Shown in pieces: positions 22,425 to 30,808 of a stretch of DNA of 64,000 bases (positions within the stretch are counted from its first letter, which is position 1; the number at the start of each line of letters is the position of its first letter). Position numbers and translations under genes: made by a program. The DNA lies in contig OW569382.1 of assembly GCA_937625935.1 (NCBI GenBank), forward strand, positions 62,001-126,000, read 5' to 3'. The notes under the pieces are model-generated. The model saw only the letters and a list, made by a program, of their open reading frames with translations. It had not been told where the DNA came from and ran no database searches. Origin of the DNA: Tetramitus jugosus. Taxonomy: Eukaryota > Protista > Heterolobosea.

Positions 22425-22856
22425 ATGCTGCAACGTTATCACATTGGTATCGAGATCAGATTTTTTTCCGAATCTCCGAATTTTTATAATCTTGTTTGGT
22501 CGACCTCCGGTCAGGATCGGAGTCACAAATATCCTCTTTCATTGTTGGAAGATGTTACTATTTTTAGTGTAAGGGAGTCCGCGCTATTTGTCGATGTCGC
22601 GGTTGCTGAGAAATTTGTCAAACGAACATTGGATGACGCGACAAATGCCGAGCGAGATCTGAGATTGGCAATTGCCCTTGACTTTTTGGAGAGAGAAGGA
22701 CGAGAAATATATGGTTTGGTCGACCAGAACAAGTGGTGGAGACTGTATCAATATTTCTCTTTTATGTGTGCATTGAATGATGCTACACACGGACTTGCTC
22801 TCGGTTCGCCAGGAAGCTTTTTCTGCCACAAGATAGGAGCTTCTGTCTTTGCTTGA
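22425..22856 (+). CDS. ORF3 homologue in element 2 (5' end frameshifted or truncated)
   Basis: Homologous to 20376-20912. Upstream 'NERSDEEINNINQICE' (~22362) matches 'TERSDDEIKMINLICE' in another frame. Confidence 0.7.
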   Translation: MLQRYHIGIEIRFFSESPNFYNLVWSTSGQDRSHKYPLSLLEDVTIFSVRESALFVDVAVAEKFVKRTLDDATNAERDLRLAIALDFLEREGREIYGLVDQNKWWRLYQYFSFMCALNDATHGLALGSPGSFFCHKIGASVFA

Positions 22857-23933
22857 TATTATCGGAATAGACTGTTTGACAAGAGCCAAAAGCGATGGAA
22901 TAGAGAAACAATAGAAGAATTAGAAATAAAAATTCGACAAAAATTGTAATCATTTTTATTCTTTGTTTGTGTTGTTTTGTGTTGTTTTGTTTGTGTTTGT
23001 TTTGTTGAATCAGAAACAGTTTCTGTGCGCAACGTTTTTTTTGCACAAACACTCTTTGTTTGTGTTATGACAACAAAAAGAAAAACCCTCATTGAGGTTG
23101 TTTGATTTTCTTACTCAACAAAAAGAGAGAAAATTTGGTGGAACAAAAATTTCCAACAAACTGCTCTCAACACAACAAAAAAAAGAATGTAGCAAACAAC
23201 ATCTCTGGACAACAACCCATTTACTTTTAGGAGAACAATGTTTGGTCTGTCACCATCAACACTCCAAATAGTGTACAGTTCTCTACCTTCGAACACAACA
23301 CTCACACACCATGTCACACTATTGCCAGATATTGAGAGGAAAAACAATCTTGCATGCCATTTGTGTAACCAACAGCAAAAGAAAGAGTAGAACAAGAAAT
23401 AAATCTACACATCATTTAAGAACAGCTTTGATTTTTTCTTGTTCCAATCGATGTTTATTGAAAGAATTCTACAAGAACAACCAATCATATACACATTAAA
23501 GCTAGAGGGGCTATAGAGATTCCAAACTGGAACGTCCCTTCCTTGATACAATTGATATGAGACCCACATTAACGCTAGTTGTCGTATCGTGACACACAAA
23601 CAATCTGTAATTATTCCCAGTGGAACAGTCAGTGTCTGCTCTACGAGCATTCACAAATCGACATCAGACATTCTGCTTTTGAACTCCAGACATGCTCTTT
23701 TCTCCCACAGATCAAGTTACTAAACAGCAAATGGAGCAAAAAAAAGAACTGAGGTTTTCGTTTTTTACTGGTGGAATCACACACAAATACAAATCGGGCT
23801 AACTTTTGTGATTTTATGTTGGGTTGTTGTTCATTCCATTTCACGAGACACAACATTTTTTATGATTTGACGAGCTTATTTTCTTGGCGCGTAAAATGTT
23901 TTTTTGCCTTGAATTCTTTAAATAAATAACTTG

Positions 23934-24163
23934 CCTTATGACAATAGGTAATAACACTTGATCCGGTTGGAAGGCCTGATCTTTTTCCATGCTGGGTTGG
24001 GAGTTGATCTGGACTATTAATTGTGCTTGTTCTTGCTCTGTCCTTACGACAATAGGTAATCACTCTGGGTTCAACAGGTGCACCAGAAAGAGTGATACAT
24101 TGAGACTTGTCTGAATCATTTGTTATCCTTGTGTCCTTACTACAAAATGTAATCACGCTGGAT
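23934..24163. repeat. Three ~30-bp degenerate direct repeats (ccttaYgacaataggtaatMac)
   Basis: Copies at 23934, 24042 and 24135 (spacing 108 and 93 nt). They read VIT(Y/F)C(S/R/H)K in the minus-strand ORF 23860-24189. Confidence 0.55.
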
Positions 24164-24184
24164 ACGCTCTCCAGGTGTACAATT

Positions 24185-24560
24185 CCCAATATCGTGATAA
24201 GTCTTCCACTGTGTGACTTTAAGGATCCACATCCGATATTCGGAACATCCTTCTCAGTAGATCATACTCATATGCGTGTTGGTCAAGGTACGAACAAAAA
24301 AGGCTATATAGGGCAGACAAGGGACACGCCATTATCGGACAAATCAACTGGTCATTGCACGAACCACGATATCCTACACTCATATGAACGATATTCCCTT
24401 GCCTATCAACAGTGCAATGACCAGTTGATCCTCTCTCTTTCGGGTCTACTCTCATTATTACCTGAAAATGTAAAGATCTGTGCAGATGGAGGATTCTGAG
24501 CACCCAATAACTATTGTAGTTAATTCTGAGGATGACTTTGAAGTCATGACGACCGGAACT
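24185..24560 (+). pseudogene. Degenerate Harbinger transposase fragment with internal micro-inversion
   Basis: PHPIFGTSFSVDHTHMRVG, KGHAIIGQI, inverted TVDRQGNIVHMSVGYRGS and CNDQLILSLSGLLSLLPENVKICADGGF* all match the element-1 transposase. Confidence 0.85.
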
Positions 24561-24723
24561 CAACTGAATGTCCTCCTCCTCCTTGTGATCCTCTTTTTAT
24601 CAACAAATTTAAGTTGTGCAAAATAGAATGTCCAAAACACCATCCACAAATTTTATTCACATAAACTGCCAACGTAATTTTTATGATTGGCCAAAGCTCA
24701 AGACTTGAAAATCAAAAAGAGAG

Positions 24724-24797
24724 TACAGACGGCGGGACTCGAACCCGCAACCCCCGGCTCCGTAGGCCGATACTCTATCCAATTGAGCCACGCCTGC
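24724..24797 (-). tRNA. tRNA-Arg(ACG)
   Basis: GCAGGCG/CGTCTGT acceptor stem, TGGCTCAATTGG A box, TCGGC-CT-ACG-GA-GCCGG anticodon arm, GGTTCGAGTCC B box, downstream T tract. Confidence 0.95.
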
Positions 24798-24852
24798 TTG
24801 ATATGTTGGTAATTCGTCAATATGTTGCCACGCTATGCTCTCTAAAAAACGC

Positions 24853-25995
24853 GGTAAGAGGGACACGCTTGAGGAAATCAAGCACACACAAACATTCCAA
24901 CATGAGAATGTCTTCCAGTCAAGCAACCGCCTCGAGTACGTCAAGAACACTTACCTTAAGTGGTGTGCGCAAAGGATGCACACCCAAGGCATTACACTTA
25001 ACAATGGGAGCACCCACCGCAATTGTGACGATTGTAACATTGCCCGGTATGTTCCAACAACTATTCTCAAGAAGCTGTTCAAGGGTGGAATCACTAACAG
25101 AAATCAGCTGATGGTTGGTGTGAGAGTCATGAGTTTAAAGGAAATCAAAAACAAGTTCCCAGGATGCAAGATTGGACCAAGGTCTCATGAGTTGTTGACA
25201 ATAATGGTGTCACAAATGAATGAATGTGAGTGCACTTCGACGTTAGAAACTAACGCCAGAGTCTCTGTAGAGCAAACTTTGATGATAGGACAATATCCCG
25301 TCGAGAGCAGAGAGCAAATACAGTTGCGAATGGAGCATGAGAGACTCTGCAGGATTAGAGAGATTGGTGGTCTGTGGTGGTTACAAGTTGAAGCAATGGA
25401 TGGTGGGGTGGACTTTAGTTTTCTAAAGTACCCCCACAAGATTGACAGAAAGCTGGAGTGGTTCCATGCACAAGTGCGCAGTGGTACTTTGCACACTCGA
25501 GAAGTCATGAGGGTATTGTATGGAAAAAATGAAGCTCCAACCGTGTGTGAAAGATGTAACAAGGAGTCAGAGACTATTCTACATTGTCTCATTCGCTGTC
25601 CACGAGCCATATTGATTAGAAGAAGACTGGCTATGTCGGTCGGTGATGAACTGAGTGGTCTGGGAGTCCATCCAAAACACAAGATAGACCTATGGTTCGA
25701 CTCGGTGTGTTGGAAAGGAGGTAAGATGAGTGTGCAACCAAACCGAAAATCGAGCAAAGAGTTCCTCCTAGGTATGATGGGTGTAGAGAAGGAAGCAGTG
25801 GATCAAATTATGAGAGGGATGAGGAAGAACGGAATCAAGAAAGATATTGCGGAAAAGAGGAGCCAGCAAGTGAAAAGGAGGTGCGTCGAAACCCTTCACC
25901 AATTGTACACCTCCTATAAGGAAGGAACAAAACTTGATGCCCTACAGGCACCATTGTTAGAATTAAGAAGTAATGGAGGAGATAACGCTCTTTGA
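24853..25995 (+). pseudogene. C-terminal part of non-LTR retrotransposon ORF2 (post-RT region + CCHC zinc knuckle)
   Basis: 'LFKGGITNRNQL...MSLKEIKNKF' and 'CERCNKESETILHCLIRCP' resemble the zf-RVT region of L1/Tx1-clade ORF2. The RT core is lost by 5' truncation. Confidence 0.8.
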
Positions 25996-26069
25996 GCGTT
26001 ATCCATTGTAAATATTCAGATAATAAAACAGAGCAACCAGTTGGTTGTATTAAAAAAAAAAAAAAAAAA
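24853..26069 (+). mobile_element. 5'-truncated non-LTR retrotransposon inserted 55 bp upstream of tRNA-Arg
   Basis: 15-bp TSD CTCTCTAAAAAACGC at 24838-24852 and 26070-26084, A18 tail at 26052-26069, AATAAA, and an ORF2 C-terminal region. Confidence 0.92.
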
Positions 26070-26099
26070 CTCTCTAAAAAACGCCGGAAAAAAACGCCG

Positions 26100-27300
26100 A
26101 TGAAAAAACGAACACACACCTGTTGTTCGTGAGTATGAGAAGCGCGCCATGCTCGGCACAACAAAGGTCAAGAACGTGCTCAATAAGCATAACACCGCCT
26201 TTGTTGTGATGGAGAACGAAACGTATGCCGATGCTTTGCTTCGGGACGTTAAATCCATGCCAGCGCTTCCTTCCACGCCCACGTGATCCTGTCAAGGATG
26301 AATGCAAGAGGCCGACCAAGATGTGCCAAGAGCTCTTGGTTTTGGTGGAAGATCAGCGCCACCAAGTCAGTGAGTTGAAGGATATGACCGTCAACCGAAT
26401 TCCCTTCGAGTCCCCGTCCCCAAGGACACCGGAACGAATTCCCGAATTCGAACACTCGACTCCAGCTACGTCCGAAGACTGGGAGTCGATCTACCAGAGT
26501 TGCCTCCCGCCACTCCAACTACGTCACCCAAGTGCAAACCACCACAATGTTCTCATAAAGACAGGGTGCAAAAAGAAAAGGTCACAAAAACACTACGAGT
26601 CATTGATGGCACCAAGAAAGAGTGTGCTAAAGAACTGCACAAATTAGTCACCACGTCCAAGGAGCGATGGAGGGACACGATACTCTGCACCGTTCCGTTG
26701 CAAAGCAACAAAACATCAACTACGAATCCTCATAAACTTAACAAGATAATGGAAAGACCAAGGGCTCTGCACGGTGCAGAGCAGCATCATTCCCTGCAAC
26801 AAGGTGAAATGAATCAAGAGGCAATTCACGTTGTATGGAAAATAACAAAGATGCCCATTCTTCCAGCTGGAAAAACACATGAAAAAACGAAAACATTCCA
26901 TCCTCATTCTCGAGTGATACGAGGGAGTATTCACGAGATGGATACTCGGTGAAAAACGGTTCCATACAGGAATGAACCTGTGATAAAGGGTCGTGAGTGA
27001 AACAGGCCCTGTTATTGCAAGAACCATAGGAATGATAGCTGGGAATCTGTTATGAACCAGGAAAATACTCTACTCCCAGAGTCAGTTATGTTGAAGAACC
27101 CACAGAGACAGTCCAAACCCAACAATCATGTTGAGGGTGATATGGTACAATATTAATGACATCACAGGGAAAGCCAATGATGTCGTAAATTTGTGATGTA
27201 CCAAATTCTCGCTACAAAAGTTCCAATAAGCACAATCACGTTGGCCCATAGAAAAGATCCTACATACTAAGTGGCTGGAAACTATGTATTCGGGCAAGTT
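26100..27300 (+). pseudogene. Degenerate coding relic, possibly retroelement ORF1 (RRM-like fragment)
   Basis: Stop- and frameshift-ridden stretch including 'NKHNTAFVVMENETYADALL' (RNP1-like), directly behind the tRNA-Arg insertion. Confidence 0.25.
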
Positions 27301-27334
27301 AGTTTTTCTTCGAAATCAATTATCAAAAAATAGA

Positions 27335-27407
27335 TGCGGGTTGTGAGGATCGAACTCACGACCTTGGATTATGAGACCTACGCGACTACCAGCTGCGCCA
27401 AACCCGC
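27335..27407 (-). tRNA. tRNA-Met(CAT), elongator type, with D-stem and anticodon-stem defects
   Basis: GCGGGTT/AACCCGC acceptor stem, CTCATAA loop, GTGAG-TTCGATC-CTCAC T arm, T6 terminator. Apparent extra T in the D stem and missing T in the anticodon stem. Confidence 0.85.
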
Positions 27408-27453
27408 TTCTGATTAAAAGCGTTACTTTTAATTTCGATGATTTTCGCACTGT

Positions 27454-27803
27454 CCGAGATCCCGGAAGACCAGTCGGGAGTACCTCTCGGGAATGATGGG
27501 CATTGAGAGTGAAGCTCTTGACGAAGTTATCGATGCATTGGTGAAGAATGGAATGAAGTTAGAACTAGCCCATCGCAAGGCACGAAGCTTTGTCAGTTGG
27601 GTAAAGAGTCGCTGCATCGTTACTTTGCACAAACTCTACCAGCAATCAAAAGACTACAAACAGCAGTAACGCTCTCCGAGCGTTACTGAAAGGAAAGATA
27701 AGTGCCGCTCTTCGAGCGGCACAGTGAGAATGAGAGAAACTATTTGAAAGAATGATACACAATAAAGTGAGCAACTACGTGTTGTATAAAAAAAAACAAA
27801 AAA
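27454..27803 (+). mobile_element. 5'-truncated non-LTR retrotransposon copy A (350 bp), 46 bp upstream of tRNA-Met
   Basis: 16-bp TSD ATGATTTTCGCACTGT at 27438-27453 and 27804-27819. Encodes ORF2 end 'TSREYLSGMMGIE...VKSRCIVTLHKLY'. A-rich tail. Confidence 0.9.
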
Positions 27804-27828
27804 ATGATTTTCGCACTGTTGGTGGAAC

Positions 27829-28430
27829 AACTTCAAGTCAGAAGTGGAACTCTCCACACAGAGGAAGTTGTTAGAGGTCTTTACAACCCCCATGATGCGT
27901 CTATCATGTGCTCCTGGTGCAAAAAAGAACCCGAGAGTGTCTTACACTGCTTGGTACGTTGTCCCAGGTCTGTCCATGCTAGACGGTGTCTAGCACTGAT
28001 AGTGGGTAAGGAACTAATTAGCATGGGAGTGTCAGCTGACAGTTGTATCGACATATGGTTCGATAATGTCAGACTCAAGAACGGAAAGATTGAAAAAAGA
28101 GCACTACGGTGGACTAGCAGAGAGTATCTAACAGGTATGATGGGCATCGAAACGAGTGCCATCGAAGACATCACCAATGGATTGGTAGCCAGTGGAGTAA
28201 GAGTAGCAGTGGCCGTAAAAAAAGCAAGAATTTATGTGAATGGGGTGAAACGGAGATGTCTCACGACTCTCCTTCACCTCTTCACCACAACAAAAGCGAA
28301 ACAACAATGACGCTCTGCGAGCGTCATTGAGAATTAATCAGGTGACCAAGGGTCATCGCTCTTCGGGCGATGGCCGAAGAAAACAAAAGACAATAAAGCG
28401 AGCAACCGAAATGGTTGTATAAAAAAAAAA
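27829..28430 (+). mobile_element. 5'-truncated non-LTR retrotransposon copy B (602 bp)
   Basis: 16-bp TSD GCACTGTTGGTGGAAC at 27813-27828 and 28431-28446. 'QVRSGTLHT...CSWCKKEPESVLHCLVRCP...REYLTGMMG'. A10 tail. Confidence 0.92.
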
Positions 28431-28438
28431 GCACTGTT

Positions 28439-28944
28439 GGTGGAACCCTCCGAGGTGTTCAAGAAAGTCAAGAAAGAGATTGCTGCCCGAGCAATCATGG
28501 TGGACCGTGCAAGAAGCACAACCACCGAAGAAGATACAGTTGAGTTGGATCTCAGTAACCCCGACTGTGAGTTACAGAGTCCCCAACTCAACGAACACAA
28601 GAAGCGATCAGCACGTGTCACCGTTGGTGACACTGCTGCCAACAAGATCCCGGTCAGGTTGGCCAGTATCAAGTCAGGTGCTCTCCGTAGGTCCTACCAA
28701 CTGGCTAGGACGGAGCCATCTGACCTCCAGATGGTAGTGGAGGCCCTCGCAACGAATCCCTGAAGAAGGGATCAAAACAACATTCCAAGAAGAGAGTGAA
28801 TCCTGTTGCGTAGGCCTGCCACTCCACTGGGCAAGCACCACATCATGTTAGACAATTGAGAGCAGGCAAGCCTGCTCTCACACAAAAGAAAAATAAAAGT
28901 TCCGCAACGTGGTGCGTGAGCACCATTTGTTGTATTAAAAAAAA
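28439..28944 (+). mobile_element. Retroposed copy C with the family's 3' terminus but a non-ORF2 reading frame
   Basis: 15-bp TSD GATTTTCGCACTGTT at 27806-27820 and 28945-28959. Ends AATAAA...GCAAC...GTTGTATT-A8. Frame open to 28763. Confidence 0.8.
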
Positions 28945-28964
28945 GATTTTCGCACTGTTTACAT

Positions 28965-30323
28965 GTTCACCACCCGACTCCTTTTTGGTTGTCTCTCTGT
29001 GACTTTTGCCACGCTTGTTGACCCAGAAGTGGTTGGACAAAGTTAATACACTGGGTAGATCCTTAGTGAAGTTCGGGTCGAAAACAATGAAGATGTTCCC
29101 GGCTGAGTCTGTCGGCTTTGAGCTGAGGTCAGTAGGACTAAAAGACATAGAAGAGACAATTGCTACACAAACTGGATGGTTCGTGTTCTCAATGATCAAC
29201 AGTAAGAGACACTGAAGCTCGTAGTCTGTTTCTTGACACGCTTGCACTAAAAACTGAGATTGGCAGAGGATTCGGCCCAAAAAATTTATCAGGAGTTGAT
29301 ATCCACTGTCAAGGCAATGCCAGAATGTATGGGTAAGTATTTACATCCCTCAAAGGGAGTTTTTAACATAATCCGATGATATTGTACAGAGGCCCGGATG
29401 AGATATGTTCTTCGGGGAACGGCTACATTTGATCATTATCCGGTGATCAAACAAAATTGGTCATTACTGGCAACGGTAATGGTGTCTGTAGTCATCTTTG
29501 ATAAGAAAGTTAGGAGAGGAGTGCAGTGACTGGTTCACTCGAGTCCAAGTCATCAAAAAAAAATGTCAACAACGCTTTGTTGCATGGTCAAAAGTGACTG
29601 TATCTATGAGTTTGTTTGTTTTTTAAACAAAGAGAGGAGGACTGGTAATAGAACTGCACCAAAACGCAGTGTTGATTGCACAATAAAGGTGGTCATCCAC
29701 GGCATAAAGAACAAGTCTGAGGATGACATCAAGAAACTGGGACCTGAGAAGATTGCCAGTGCTCAACATACGTGACTCATGTATGAAATGAATGCATCAA
29801 CAGAGTGGGTTCTGATACCGGAACAAGAAGTTACCCAATCCACTGCTAGTATGGAAACTGCTCCTGAGTTAGTGGAGTAGAAGAACAGAGACAGTATCAA
29901 TGGTGGAAGTTGTTGCATTGATGCCAGCTGCTGCACGCAAAAGGTATGGTTTGACTGAAGACGAGTCAGTCATTGTGGATGTGAATGACGACAAGTTTCC
30001 ACCTCTGATAAAGTGTATCATCAAAAAAATTCACGAGGGATTCTTCCAAACCGTAGGTTCACCGGTCGGGGACAACAGAGAAGAAGAATGAATGCCATAC
30101 AACGATGAAATGTGAAGTGAACACCTGAAGGAACACTGGAGGGATTGATGAGAAAGGAAGGAAACTTCAAGGAAGAACTTCTGGAATGAAGCAGAGAAAA
30201 AGAGTCATAGATTCAATCAAGATGTCGTTCATCAAGACACTCCACAAGATATGTAACTCTCTGCTGAAACACTGCTGTTCACCTAACGGAATAAAGTGGC
30301 AACACTCGTTGTATTGAAAAAAA
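28965..30323 (+). mobile_element. Old degenerate non-LTR retrotransposon copy D (5' boundary approximate)
   Basis: Ends 'RVIDSIKMSFIKTLHKIC', similar to the ORF2 end of the other copies, followed by AATAAAGTGGCAACACTCGTTGTATTG-A7. Many stops; no TSD recognised. Confidence 0.6.
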
Positions 30324-30808
30324 GTGATACAAAATCTAAATCTGTGTAATTTAAACATGCTTAGACAGAGGAGCTCTGCCAACAATTTCTCATTCGGTGC
30401 AGCACCTAAATGCAGTTAATTTTTTCGCAGTGGATTATGTCTTTTGACCACTACCTTTAGTTTTCTTACCAACTTTCTTTGGTCGATCTTTTGCCCATAA
30501 GCAGCCACTACCTCCTTATCAATATCTTGAGCAGTTTGTCCACTTCACACCTCCATCTTTATTAAGCTTGGAATTGTCATACTGACTGGTGAAGGACTAA
30601 CTCTTTTTGATTGTTTAGACATTTCCATTACAACAGATGAGGTTTGTTTGGATACTGTATGTAGATGGGTGTTAAATGTTTTCCACTCGGAAGTTCAATA
30701 CAACTTATTTTTAGTTCGAATCTGATCCGATCAACTGAAACATACATGGCTTCATCGGTCCACTCAAGGCCACCACATCCAATAAAGAACCAACATCTCC
30801 TTGAGTGA

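Larger units (their letters stand above)
21558..23090. mobile_element. Non-autonomous Harbinger-type element 2 (1533 bp; transposase deleted)
   Basis: Perfect 16-bp TIR GAGGGTTTTTCTTTTT / AAAAAGAAAAACCCTC. ATT TSD at 21555-21557 and 23091-23093. Retains homologues of the Myb-gene C-terminal half and ORF3 in the same layout. Confidence 0.88.

Noticed and set aside
17801-23090. RNA-guided (TnpB/Fanzor) cargo in the DNA transposons
   Set aside because: No RuvC motifs or Fanzor-type zinc finger are visible in any ORF of either element.
23934-24163. CRISPR-like array
   Set aside because: Only three degenerate units with long unequal spacers, in-frame periodicity, no cas genes and a eukaryotic context.
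23094-24720. A third TIR-bounded Harbinger starting at GAGGTTG (23094)
   Set aside because: No matching inverted end (CAACCTC-ATT) found; only a partial GAAAATCAAA at ~24707. The sequence reads better as the displaced host leader.
24681-25111. ORFs 24681-24950 and 24683-25111
   Set aside because: They are translations across tRNA-Arg and the retroelement junction.
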